In this document: in pieces, positions 36,968 through 49,480 of the stretch
How positions within the stretch are numbered: the stretch's first letter is position 1
Layout of the letters: each line of letters begins with the position of its first letter
Origin: Octopus bimaculoides
Taxonomy: Eukaryota
DNA: 64,000 bases
Assembly: GCF_001194135.2 (NCBI RefSeq)
Contig: NC_068987.1
Coordinates: forward strand, 49,403,290 to 49,467,289
Direction: 5' to 3'
Translations under genes and position numbers: made by a program
The notes under the pieces: model-generated
Database searches by the model: none
The model's input: the letters and a program-made list of their open reading frames with translations, nothing else
Told to the model about the DNA's origin: nothing

Positions 36968-37745
36968 CTAGCAGAGATACTCGGCATTGCTCGGGATTAA
37001 AATGGCATAGTTTGTATATAATATATTACAGTTATGTTGAAACAGGTGATATGGGAAAGTGCAGCATTGACAACAAAACTTAATTTCCATGCCACCAAAG
37101 AAAAGACGTAATCTCTCCAGAAACAAGTATAAAGCAAGGAGCATTGTAGAAAACCGAAAGTGAGAGTCTGAAGAGAGAAGCTAGATGAGATTTTCTCAAG
37201 ATCAACAAATGCATGTTACAGCACTTAATGCTGGATCATTAAATCAGTGTTTTAATGATTAGACAGAGGTCCAATAGAATAGCTCTCAGAAGCAGACTAC
37301 ATACAAATTCGTTCTTCACAACTCCTGAAGCTGTTTTTAGATATGATCCATCCCATTCTTATGAAAATAATAACTCTGTCCAAACTGGTGTGCTAAACAC
37401 AAATTGTCTATTCTGTAGAGCTTTAAAATTTTCAAATGAAACAAATGGTATGTGCTGCTCAGGCAGTCGGGTAACATTGCTAGCACTACCAGCTCCTTCT
37501 CAACCTCTTATGGATCTTCTAGAAGGCACTTCCATCCAGTCAAAGGATTTTCTGAACAATATCAGACAATACAACTCTGCAAATGACATCATTTGGTGCA
37601 TCTAAGAAGATAGATAAAGATGAATTTACGCCAAAGTCAAAGTTCAAGGGCAAGCCTATCACCTCATTGGTTCCACAAATGAACAACCACAGCTCCTCCA
37701 AACTTACTTTATGAGTGATGTAGGACAACAAACTCAAAGGAGGTG
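36968..37745 (+). mobile_element. Helitron remnant (Rep N-terminal coding on plus)
   Basis: ATG at 37089 gives MPPKKRRNLSR. Then FRYDP...CLFCRALKFSNETNGMCCSGSRVTL...FLNNIRQYNSA and FKGKPITSL-region remnants of FKVQGQAYHLIGS. A CTAG plus hairpin terminus lies at 36968-36996. Confidence 0.8.
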
Positions 37746-39844
37746 TCAACATTTCAGATGACGGGCTGTGTTAGACACAGCGCCAACTGCTACAAAAGAG
37801 ATTATATCCACTGACAGCTTTTTGGTGCATTCAAAAATCACATAAACCCCACAGGTGAGGGCCTGAAATGCTCCAAACAAACACTTAGCATGTTGCTTAG
37901 TCGAATTAGCCATGTGGTTAGGAGGAAACTTCTTACCACACAGCCTGTATGGATTAAGGTACATACTTTTAATTAAAATTGATTTCTGTGAAGATCATCA
38001 TCATCATCATTTTAACATTCACTTTTCTATATTTACATGGATCAGATAGCATTTGTCAAGGCAGATTTTCTACATCTGGACACCCTCCTTGTCACCAATC
38101 CTCACTTGTTTCCAAGTAAGATATGTTCCCATGACTGGACATGTTTTCGAAGAAGATTGGAAATGATTGCATGTTCTGTTTGTATCATGATGACACTTAT
38201 TTAAAACTAATATATGATATCAAAACAAGGAAATACTAGCACACACATATACACAAACATACATATATTCCACAGCTACTGCCACCCACCAATCAATAGG
38301 ATAGAGTAGTCATTATCTCCCCTATAGTAAGACACTTGTGCTTGTCCCCCTATCATATTTTGGCCTCTCAACACCAGGCATAATGCCACCTGCTCTTCTC
38401 AAATACTTCCTTCCCCACTTAATCAAGGTAGCTTCTTCATTGTCTTGCAAGATACTTTTTACTTAACAACTTTACTAGTGCAGATGGCATGAAAATAGCA
38501 TGCACTACATACTGAAATGTGCTCGATATTAGGAAGGGCATCCAGCCATAGAAACCATACCAAAGCTGACTTTGAAGCTTGACACAGCCCTGTCACTTGC
38601 TGGATCCTGTCAAAGCATTCAACAAAGGCTCTGCCCCCAATAATCTTAGGATTTGATTTCTTTCCTCAGGATGTGAATGTATTCATTTTTGTGAATTTTA
38701 TGATTTATTCTAAGTGATGCAGATCACCTCTGGTTTCATTGGACTGCAAATTTTAAAAATCTCACTGAGAAATACTGCACTTAATAAACTGATATACTAT
38801 TCAGAGAAGATTTATGTTAGACTCATTGGAACCTAAAAGTAAATAAAAATTCGTTCTTATTAACCATATATAACATTTTGATTATAAAGGTGAATTTTTT
38901 GTCCTAACCCACTTTTGGTTTTGTGACATAGACATCTCATAAATCTTCCACAAAAATTTCCCATTAATTCATATTCCATACACAGGCTTAATAATGACAA
39001 AATCATCTTACTAATTCTTGATGGTTTGTTTTTTAAATTACTTGAAGCAACAGTAGTGTGTCTTGGGCTAGTATTTTAGTCTCTGGCACACAATATTTTC
39101 TAAGCAGAGCAACCATATATCTCCTCTACAGCAAGATACCTGTTCCTGTCCCTCTATCATTCTTTAGCCTCTCACTATCTAGCATATAGCCAGCTCCCTC
39201 TCTAATACACTGTCACTTAGTTGAGGAGTTTTGTTGATCATGTGAGTTACTTGGTAACCTGACTAGTACAGCCAGTACTACAAAAAATGCACCAAGTACT
39301 CTCTCTAAAGTGGTTAGCATTAAGAAGAATATCCAGCCATAGAAACCATGCCAAAACAGACATCGGAGTTCAATGCAGTCCTCTAGCTTGTCAGATCCTG
39401 TAGAACCATTCCGCCTATGCCAGTATGGAAGGCAGACTTTAGATGATGACGACGACGACAAAAATGATGATTAAACAATTAGAATTCCTACAAAACTATT
39501 CGCAACCCACAGCACCAAGAACAAATATAATATTTTCTGATACTTTTTCATTTCCATATTGATTCTTTGGAAGGCAGAGAGTTGGTAGAATCATTACAGC
39601 ATCAGAAAAAATGCTTTGCAGTCTTTGTTCTGGCACTATACTCTCAGTTCAAATCCCACCAAAGTCAACTTTACCTGTCATCCTTTCAGGATTGATAAAA
39701 TTGATAAAATAAAGTATCAGTCAACTGCTAGGGGAAAGGGATTAATGTAATTGACTTGCTCCCTCCCCTCAAAATTGCTGGCTTTGTACTTAAATTAGAA
39801 AGGATTGTAAATTAGTCAATGAGCAAATGAGTTAATATTCGAGG

Positions 39845-40075
39845 CAGCAACTGATGGGCTGGAAGAGGTCTCAATACAGGTCTCGCATCAGATGGCTGGA
39901 CATGATTGGGGAAAATCTCCAGAGGCTCAACATCACCTTGGAAGTTGCAGAGGGACTGGCACGGGAGAGCACTGGAGGACCTGGTCAGCTCTACACATGA
40001 TGACGCATCTGAGATCACTAACTTGGAATGACCCCAGCCCAATCAAATAAGAGCATGAAGCCAAGCTAAGCCAAA
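39845..40075 (+). mobile_element. RTE-like LINE 3' fragment
   Basis: Translation RSRIRWLDMIG..LQRLNITLEVAEGLARE, with an (AAGCY)n-like tail. Confidence 0.6.
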
Positions 40076-40100
40076 TGAGTAAATATACAAATGGAACCTA

Positions 40101-40478
40101 TTCTTTTACTTGTTTCAGTCATTTGACTGCGGCCATGCTGGAGCACCACCTTTAGTCGAGCAAATTTACCCCAGGACTTATTCTTTTTAAGCCTAGTACT
40201 TATTCTTTGGGTCTCTTTTGCCGAACCGCTAAGTTAAGGGGACGCAAACACACCATCATCGGTTGTCAAGCGATGATGGGGGGACAAACACAGACACACA
40301 AACATATATATATATACATATATACAACGGGCTTCTTTCAGTTTCCGTCTACCAAATCCACTCACAAGGCTTTGGTCTGCCCGAGGCTATAGTAGAAGAC
40401 ACTTGCCTAAGGTGCCATGCAGTGGGACTGAACCCGGAACCATGTGGTTCGTAAGCAAGCTACTTACCACACAGCCAC
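40101..40478 (-). mobile_element. Young SINE family A copy
   Basis: Near-identical to the reverse complement of 16348-16764. Confidence 0.9.
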
Positions 40479-41460
40479 AGAGATCACATTTGAAATTCTA
40501 CTACATTATTATCAACCACTGTTCACTAATTGACAACAAATCACAATATTAAGGCTTCTCTTCACACCAACCAGTCACTATATAATTGCTCCCATCTTCA
40601 TCTAACCTGCTATTTGCTTATGCATTTACTCATGAAACAAAAATAATAGCTCATAAACCTATCAATGGGTTTATTTATCAGTCCAAACATTCATATTGAC
40701 ATTAACCATTATCTTGTTTTAATTCCTCCCCTCAGGTGATGGCTACCTGCATGACAAAAAGTTCAGTTAATATGTCCTCATTCTCTAGCAGAACAAATGT
40801 ATATTTGTCTTCTTTTTATACTAACCAAAGGTTAAAGAATATGAACAGCTCAACATTACTTTGGTTAACAGATCTTCCATTTGTTTGTTCACATAGCGAG
40901 TGTGTGGGCTATGCTAGCGTGATAATATGGTATCAGTTCACTGTATGACATTCGTCTCAACCAGGTAGGAACCAATACCATAAGGCTGTGATTTAGCAAA
41001 TGTGTTTTGAACGCTTATAAGTCATAGACATCATGTAGAAATGTCTTTCTTGACTTCCACATTTTATCCTTTATTGTGTTTTGAACAGTGGGTGGCTCAT
41101 AGATAAAATTAGTGGGGGGTGCTGCTTCAGTAAATTTTTAGCTGTTATTTTAATATTGTGCAAAAGGAAACAAACATATAAAAAAAATATTTATGTATAA
41201 ACTTCATCGGTTCGCATTTTAGCCACTGCCAAGTTGTGTGTTTAATCTGTTCACTGAACACCGCTGCAAATTACCCCTTATTTTTCAAAAATCCCTCCAT
41301 AATCACAAAATAAAAGGGGAGGATCTGCCCTATTTTTCAAATCCTGGCAGCAACACTGAAGCTGGAAGCAGGATAATAATCTAATCCTACACTTTATCAC
41401 ATTCAAGAATATAAACACGTTTTTAAGCACAACACATGCGGAGTCAAAAAGAAACACTAC

Positions 41461-41815
41461 CTTTCACCGACACTGCATGAATGACAATACTTTCTTGCCC
41501 TAGCGTGAAGCTTCCTATCTCAGACATGTGAGCATGGGCACAACAGCCAAACACCGCGTCGCTGGAACTGTGAAGCGCATAGTTCTACACAAGGATTTTT
41601 GTATTATTTCATAAACTAGGGGATGGCTACTGACATTAAGCTTAAGGATTGTATAATGTACAAGTATAAAGAAAGAACTGCAGAAAAAAAAAGGACTCAT
41701 TATATTGAATGTTATCGATAATATCGAGTGGAAATAGGGAGTGCTGCAGTTCTGTAGTGCCCATACACGAGCCGCGACTGGTTTTGAATATATTGAACGA
41801 AAATATACGTTCATC
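41461..41815 (-). other. Candidate exon of a leftward transcript (part UTR, part possibly coding)
   Basis: Acceptor 'gggcttttccttcAG|GATGAA' at 41815 and donor 'GAAAG|GTAGTG' at 41461. The 3' 125 nt are open as NYALHSSSDAVFGCCAHAHMSEIGSFTLGQESIVIHAVSVK. No full-length open frame. Confidence 0.3.
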
Positions 41816-42697
41816 CTGAAGGAAAAGCCCTATTGCGAGAGAGAGAGAGATGTATGTATGCGTGTTTGCGTGTGTGTGAACGGGTTATAAGGCAGATAAT
41901 AGTAATAATAATTTCTTATTTATTGGCCATAAGAGCCTCGAAAACATTTAAGACAATACAAAGACAAAAGGTAGTGGGAATTACACACAGAAAAATGAGA
42001 CATGTAGCCCAAGATACTCTATATTTACATACACGCATACACATTGAAAGAAACAAACAAACATCTAGACATGTCCACGCAATTAAATACACACACAAAC
42101 AATGACTGCGTGTGTATTCGTGCGGTTCAAAAAGTTACATGTCGAGGCATTTGAGTATGAATAATAAAAAAGAAAAAAAAAACAGAAAGGAAGGAGTCAA
42201 AATAAAAAAAAAGAAGAGAAGTAATCTTTGTTGTCTAAAAAAGGAAATGCGAGTATTAAAAGCAGTGATGGTGGGGATGACGAAAGATATTCGTGAAATG
42301 TGTTAAAGAAGGGGGCCTTCACATTACTTCACCATCACCGTCACAATAAACACAGTATTATAAGATATTAAAAGGAGATGGGATGTTGGTTGGCTTCGAA
42401 GTTTGAGAGGGACAAAGAATGATGATAATACAGGTATTTGTAAAGGTAGGGGACTGCATGATGGATGGTGGTGGTGTTGGGGTGAGTGAGTGAGAAGGCG
42501 AGGGTAAACATCAAACCTCGAAAAGAGTAAGAAGAGAAAAAAAAAACAGGTCAGGTATGAAGTTATGAATGAAATGTAGAGCGGGAAATTGTCAAGAAGG
42601 AAATAGTTGCTCTGATATTTAACTGACATTGCTTTAATTTTCTTACGAAGTATTGATTTACAAATACTATGCTGATACACACGAGTGTGTATGCGTG

Positions 42698-42738
<41 letters not shown>

Positions 42739-43226
42739 NNNNNNNNNNNNNNNNNNNNNNNNNNNNNNNNNNNNNNNNNNNNNNNNNNNNNNNNNNNNNN
42801 NNNNNNNNNNNNNNNNNNNNNNNNNNNNNNNNNNNNNNNNNNNNNNNNNNNNNNNNNNNNNNNNNNNNNNNNNNNNNNNNNNNNNNNNNNNNNNNNNNNN
42901 NNNNNNNNNNNNNNNNNNNNNNNNNNNNNNNNNNNNNNNNNNNNNNNNNNNNNNNNNNNNNNNNNNNNNNNNNNNNNNNNNNNNNNNNNNNNNNNNNNNN
43001 NNNNNNNNNNNNNNNNNNNNNNNNNNNNNNNNNNNNNNNNNNNNNNNNNNNNNNNNNNNNNNNNNNNNNNNNNNNNNNNNNNNNNNNNNNNNNNNNNNNN
43101 NNNNNNNNNNNNNNNNNNNNNNNNNNNNNNNNNNNNNNNNNNNNNNNNNNNNTAGCGACACAACAGACTGTAAAAGGGCAAGACAAATGAAAAAATACTA
43201 AATAAAAAAACGATTAACCTACGTAC

Positions 43227-43237
43227 CATGGTTTCAC
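43227..43237 (-). CDS. Candidate start-codon exon of a leftward gene
   Basis: Minus strand reads 'aattttaacAG|GTGAAACCATG|GTACGT': ATG in a good Kozak context directly followed by a canonical donor, just downstream of the promoter-like region. Confidence 0.4.
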
Positions 43238-43399
43238 CTGTTAAAATTTACATAAGTAAATATCTGCAGGGTCATCAGCGTAGTCTGTCGATTTATAAAA
43301 TATAATTTCCAGAACTAGACACAAGACGTCCACTCGAAAGAGAGCACGTGTAGAGTTCTACAATTTACATTCAGTGTATCCTTTCAAATGTCTTCAATC

Positions 43400-43680
43400 T
43401 GGCGCGCTAAGTCCGGAAATAACTCTGCAGTTAATAAATTTTTGCAGCTAATTTCACTAATACATTCACTTCTGTTCATACCCGTATGACTAAAAACAGT
43501 CAGAAAAAGATGAAAGCAACTAATCTATTAACAAAATGAAAGTAAACTGACCGGAAGTGATGACAATGAACTCTCGTAATTTCATGTAAGTAATTTACGT
43601 AACACAACCAATGAGCATGAGCAACCTGTTTTCGGGAAGCGAGCTACACTAGTAAAAAATAGTGTCTCATTTGGCGTGCC
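43400..43680. promoter_or_regulatory. CpG-retaining promoter-like region
   Basis: ETS/GABP-type CCGGAAGT (43551) and CCGGAAAT (43413), E2F-like TGGCGCGC (43400) and TTGGCGTGCC (43671), palindromic TTACGTAA (43595), CCAAT (43608). Confidence 0.55.
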
Positions 43681-43715
43681 ATATAGAAATTCCCCTTAGT
43701 TCTGTTAATTAACTC

Positions 43716-44081
43716 GACTCCGTCGGTCACGAATGACCACGGGTGCACCTAAGAGGTTCCCCTCTGGGGTACAAGTCTGGGCGGAAAATCGCCTCACCGG
43801 CGAACGCACAACATAGGGTTGTTTTTTATGGAAGACCAGCAGTCGCCCATGAATACCAGCCTCCCCTCTCCACGCCACAGATGTTATCCAAGGGAAAGGC
43901 AAAAGCCGATGCAGCTTGGCACCAATGACATCGCAACTTATTTCAACAGCTGAGTGAACTGGAGCAACGTGAAATAAAGTATCTTGCTCAAGAACACAAC
44001 ATACACCCCGGTCCAGGATTCGAACTCAAAACCTCACGGTGGTAAGCTCGACGCTCTAACCACTGAGCCATGCGCCTTCAC
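43716..44081 (-). mobile_element. SINE family E copy with CpGs retained and an insertion of about 32 nt
   Basis: Reverse complement of the 8397/9391 family, with extra 'ggaaaatcgcctcaccggcgaacgcacaacat' at about 43791-43822. Confidence 0.85.
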
Positions 44082-44969
44082 TCTGTTAATTAACATTAAG
44101 GGATTCCACTAGTTCGCTTTTTGAAGTTTTAGGATGTCACTGTCATCACTTCGGGTCAACTTAATTTCATCTTTTAAAATCCCTAAACAGCATGTTAATC
44201 TGACTTCATTCAGCAAATCACTTATTGGAATTCATATGACGTTAATTACATAAATATGATTGCTTGGATCAATGTATGTAACTATATATTGTATTAGTAA
44301 CCTTTAAATACATGAAGAACACTTGCAACTGAATAAATATACATTTCTGTTTAGAAATAGTTCTTTAGTTAATATTTCGTTGATGTTAAGGCGGCGAGCT
44401 GGCAGAATCGTTAGTCCGCTGGGTGAAAAGCTTAACGGAATTTCGTCAGTCTTTACGATCTGAGTTCAAATTCTGCCGCGGTCGACTTTGCCTTTCATCA
44501 TATACCTAATGAAAAAGAGGTTTTGTAGAGGAACTGTATGATTTTGTGCATGTAAATACACTGCTGTGGCAGTATAGTAAAATGATGTAACCATAGATTT
44601 ATCATAAACTACCGTGTATCAATTCTATCTTCTTTCAGATCAACTGTACTGGTTATATTTTACGTAGGAGAATTTAAAGTATGTAAAACTCGTATTTTTG
44701 GCTATTATGTTTTGTATTATTGCGATTTGCCACTAGGGTTGTGCACCACCGCTATGATTTTGTTGTCATCCATTCATTTTGGCTAGCTGATAACCGGATG
44801 CAAGTTTAATGTTCTTTTCACCTAGAAACGAGGCTGCTAGGTAGCTGAAACAATTTTTTTCTGCTAAGTATAGTCTTATCAGAGTATTCTTGCTCATTTT
44901 CATGATTCTGATATTTTAATTTTTTTGCTGTAGATTTTTGAATAAATAAGTGTCGAGGTTACAAAGAAA

Positions 44970-45950
44970 ATGGAGAAAACTGAGTATCGTGCTGTCATGA
45001 AGTACCTTCATTTGAAAGGCATGACTCCATCAGAAATCCATGAAGATATGGTGAGAACCTTAACAAACAATGCTCCTTCATATGCAACAGTCAAATGCTG
45101 GGTAAATGAATTCCAGCGTGGCAGGGAGAGTGTGGAAGATGATCCCAGACCAGGGAGACCTGTAACTGCAACCATCGAGGACAACATTGACCTTGCTCTT
45201 GGTATGATAATGCAAGATCGTCGAATATTATGTCTTCAGATAGCCGAGAGACTGGGCATCTCAACTGAAAGAGCAGACNNNNNNNNNNNNNNNNNNNNNN
45301 NNNNNNNNNNNNNNNNNNNNNNNNNNNNNNNNNNNNNNNNNNNNNNNNNNNNNNNNNNNNNNNNNNNNNNNNNNNNNNNNNNNNNNNNNNNNNNNNNNNN
45401 NNNNNNNNNNNNNNNNNNNNNNNNNNNNNNNNNNNNNNNNNNNNNNNNNNNNNNNNNNNNNNNNNNNNNNNNNNNNNNNNNNNNNNNNNNNNNNNNNNNN
45501 NNNNNNNNGATTCTCAAGGTGTCTTGCTGATCGATTACCTTGAAAAGGGTCACACCGTGACAGGGCTGTATTATTCTCAGCCACTGAAACGCCTCCGAGA
45601 AGCAATCAAAGAAAAAAAGCCGGGAATGCTCACCAGAGGAGTCTTTTTTCATCACGACAATGCTCCAGCCCACCTCAGTGGTTGCCATGGCAACAATTCG
45701 TGATTGTGGATACGAACTTGTTCCCCTTCCGCCTTATTCGCCAGACTTAGCCCCCTCTGACTTTCATCTATTCCCCAAAATGAAAAAAGCCCTGGCTGGT
45801 CGCCATTTTGCCAGTGACAATGACGTCATAGTCACTGTCGGAAATTTCTTGGAGTCTCAAACAAAAAAGTTCCTCTACGCCAAGATACTGGCGCTTCGGT
45901 ACCGCTGGAGAAAGTGTTCAGCCATCAAGGGGGACTATGTTGAAAAATAA
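44970..45950 (+). pseudogene. Mariner transposase, DD34D, irritans/Himar1-like
   Basis: MEKTEYRAVMKYLHLKG...GRP, a 230-N gap, then DSQGVLLIDYL...HDNAPAH, a 2-nt frameshift at about 45673, and YSPDLAPSDFHLFP...GDYVEK*. D-to-D spacing is 34 once the frameshift is corrected. Confidence 0.9.
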
Positions 45951-47402
45951 ATCATCAGAAGTCTTGTACTATGTTTTGTTTTTTTTGAGGCTCAAGACCA
46001 TTATAAAAATCGGCCTGCCGCTTTCCTTTGACCAGGAAAGACAAGTAGTTTTTCTCAGTCTGATGGCAATGGCGAAGGAAGTTTTATGATGAACCCGACT
46101 GAAAGGACTAAAGACAGTTTCTTCATCAATTTTTTCATGTTCCACTTGAAAGAAGAATTATGGATGAAGAGGGAAATACTACTTCCCTGCTAATTTATTG
46201 AAAAGTGAGTAAAAGCGGTGAGCATTGCCCATGTGAATAGAACTTAACATTTGCCTCTAATCCAGGAAATGAGAGTTGAGAGCAAGGCACGTAGTCTTAG
46301 TAACGGAGGTAATCTTGGATTTGTGGGATTCCTTGATTGGTTCTGGGTGGAGGTCTCCTTCCCTGGGGATTTTAGCACACAGTTTATAACCGTGTATACA
46401 ATTTTCGGATCTTTTTTAAAACGGGGGCCACATTTTTCATTAATGTTTTACGTAGTGTTTTTGGTACCGAAAGACTTTCAAACTTCGTATACTTATCTAT
46501 TTTGTGTTATAGAACAGAAAAATATTTTTGTATTCGAATTTATTTCATGTAAAAAATTGTCTTATTTCGATAATTTCAACCAATCACTGACAAGTATTCA
46601 GTTGTTTACATTTACTCCTTTGGCTGATTAAGCCATAGCTTCGTTTTATTTGCTTTTTTCATTTTAAATTTGCTTTTTTCATTTTCTTTTTTTTTCTTCG
46701 TTTTATTTGCTTTTTTCTTTTTAAATTTGCTGTTTTACCCTAACCCNNNNNNNNNNNNNNNNNNNNNNNNNNNNNNNNNNNNNNNNNNNNNNNNNNNNNN
46801 NNNNNNNNNNNNNNNNNNNNNNNNNNNNNNNNNNNNNNNNNNNNNNNNNNNNNNNNNNNNNNNNNNNNNNNNNNNNNNNNNNNNNNNNNNNNNNNNNNNN
46901 NNNNNNNNNNNNNNNNNNNNNNNNNNNNNNNNNNNNNNNNNNNNNNNNNNNNNNNNNNNNNNNNNNNNNNNNNNNNNNNNNNNNNNNNNNNNNNNNNNNN
47001 NNNNNNNNNNNNNNNNNNNNNNNNNNNNNNNNNNNNNNNNNNNNNNNNNNNNNNNNNNNNNNNNNNNNNNNNNNNNNNNNNNNNNNNNNNNNNNNNNNNN
47101 NNNNNNNNNNNNNNNNNNNNNNNNNNNNNNNNNNNNNNNNNNNNNNNNNNNNNNNNNNNNNNNNNNNNNNNNNNNNNNNNNNNNNNNNNNNNNNNNNNNN
47201 NNNNNNNNNNNNNNNNNNNNNNNNNNNNNNNNNNNNNNNNNNNNNNNNNNNNNNNNNNNNNNGATTTCTTCCGACTCTTTACATTCTAAGTTCAAATCCC
47301 ATCAAGTTCAATATTGCCTTTTCATCATTCCGGTTTCGATAAAATAGAAGTCGGCCTAACTTACTCCCTCAAAATTACTGACATACCTAAAATTAGAGAC
47401 CA

Positions 47403-47435
<33 letters not shown>

Positions 47436-48096
47436 CACCAGCAAGAAGGCGGCGAGCTGGCAGAATCATTAGAACGCCTGTCGTTACGTTCTGAGTTCAA
47501 GTTCCACCGAGGTCGACTTTGCCTTTCATCCTTTGGGGAACGGTAAAATAAGTACCAATCAAGTACTGGATCGATGTAATCAACTATCCTCCCCCCTCCC
47601 AACTTCAGGCCTTGTGCCTATAGCAGAAAGGATTATTATCGCCAGCATGTCTTTGTGGTAAGTTTACTTCCCAACCAAATGGTTCGAGGTTCAGTCCTAC
47701 TATAGCCTTGAATTGATTAACCAAAGCTTTTGGAGGGGATTTGGTAGATGGAAACTGAAAGAAACCCGTGTGCGTTTATGATAGTGAGGAGGATGTGTTT
47801 GTCGCCTGTCGCCCCTTGACAACCGGTGTTGGTTTGTTTATGTCCCTGTAACTTAGCTGTTCCGCAAAATAAATCGGTAAAGTACCAGACTTCAAAAAAA
47901 ATACAATAAGCGATTGATTTGTTCGACTAAAAATCAAACCTTCAAGGCGATACGCCCGCAACGAAAATTTTTCCACGAGAGTTCCAGACCCTAGTAATGA
48001 ACTCATTTGTATACAGGCAATCAGAGCCAATCAGAGCAGAGTCACCTTTATCCTTTCTTCCTTCCTAGTCAGCACCGTTCGATGTTGTTGTTGTTG

Positions 48097-48184
48097 TTAT
48101 TATTATTATTATTATTATTCAGGTCACTGCCTGGAATCGAACTCGGAATCTTGGGAGCCCGCGCTCTTAACGACTACGCCATAT
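48097..48184 (-). mobile_element. Short tRNA-head-only SINE with (AAT)n tail
   Basis: Minus strand reads 'tggcgtagtcgttaagagcgcggg...gagttcgattccaggcagtgacctg(aat)n', with A and B boxes but no cloverleaf. Confidence 0.7.
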
Positions 48185-49393
48185 NNNNNNNNNNNNNNNN
48201 NNNNNNNNNNNNNNNNNNNNNNNNNNNNNNNNNNNNNNNNNNNNNNNNNNNNNNNNNNNNNNNNNNNNNNNNNNNNNNNNNNNNNNNNNNNNNNNNNNNN
48301 NNNNNNNNNNNNNNNNNNNNNNNNNNNNNNNNNNNNNNNNNNNNNNNNNNNNNNNNNNNNNNNNNNNNNNNNNNNNNNNNNNNNNNNNNNNNNNNNNNNN
48401 NNNNNNNNNNNNNNNNNNNNNNNNNNNNNNNNNNNNNNNNNNNNNNNNNNNNNNNNNNNNNNNNNNNNNNNNNNNNNNNNNNNNNNNNNNNNNNNNNNNN
48501 NNNNNNNNNNNNNNNNNNNNNNNNNNNNNNNNNNNNNNNNNNNNNNNNNNNNNNNNNNNNNNNNNNNNNNNNNNNNNNNNNNNNNNNNNNNNNNNNNNNN
48601 NNNNNNNNNNNNNNNNNNNNNNNNNNNNNNNNNNNNNNNNNNNNNNNNNNNNNNNNNNNNNNNNNNNNNNNNNNNNNNNNNNNNNNNNNNNNNNNNNNNN
48701 NNNNNNNNNNNNNNNNNNNNNNNNNNNNNNNNNNNNNNNNNNNNNNNNNNNNNNNNNNNNNNNNNNNNNNNNNNTAAAAAGTTATAGAGTTTTAAAATTT
48801 GATCATTTTCACTCAGTCAGAAAACAGGATTTGGAAGCTGTCATTTTGTGTATGACAAAATAGCACGTGTCAATATTTGTAAACACGTGTTATATCTCCA
48901 GTAATTTTCTTTCATGTAAATAAATCTTTTTTAGCTGTTATTTTTATCACGAAAGTTCTCTGGTAATTTTCTTTCGTGTAAATAAATGCTTATGTTAATT
49001 TAAAAGAGAAAAACATGAATGTGTCTGTGGCTTACGATTGACTAAAATTACCAAAATTTTCAACCTTTAATTACTAATAACTATTTATTTATTGATTTAG
49101 AGCAAACATTACTTTCACGTCATTAAGTAGCCTATAAGAGTGTATCATTAAACTGAATATGAACAGAAAATTGACGCTGGCAACCAAACAAAAAAGACAC
49201 CCCAAAATAGTCACGAAAATGTACTATTATATTATTAGTAGTAAATTATATTTACGGAGATATACTTGCATAGCAGGTGATTTGATCTGAGATCGTGTGT
49301 TGAAACAAAAACAATTGCAGAGTGGAAAGTGTTTATAAGCCATTTAAAAAAACACACAAAAAGCGTTACATTCACTTCAACATTTAAATTTAA

Positions 49394-49446
49394 TTTGTCT
49401 CAAGATATTTTCGTCGCTTTGAAACCGCGACCTGTTGACTGACAAA
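49394..49446 (-). ncRNA. Degenerate minimal type I hammerhead-like fold in a Penelope-like tail
   Basis: Order on minus: tttgtc-a / GTCAACA / g-gtcgc-loop-gcgac / GAAA / ATAT / cttga / gacaaa. Stems I and II pair. The core has G3 and C8, but position 5 is C and the cleavage site does not fit. Confidence 0.4.
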
Positions 49447-49480
49447 ATTTCGGGTTACATAATAGGTCTATTTATTATAA

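Noticed and set aside
38669-40770. Plus-strand join DVN + GDGYL suggesting an EF-hand loop
   Set aside because: The required phase-1 donor is not GT, and the frame stops soon after.
41086-41358. CAGTG...CACTG bounded segment as a hAT MITE
   Set aside because: The TIR match is only 5 bp and there is no 8-bp TSD.
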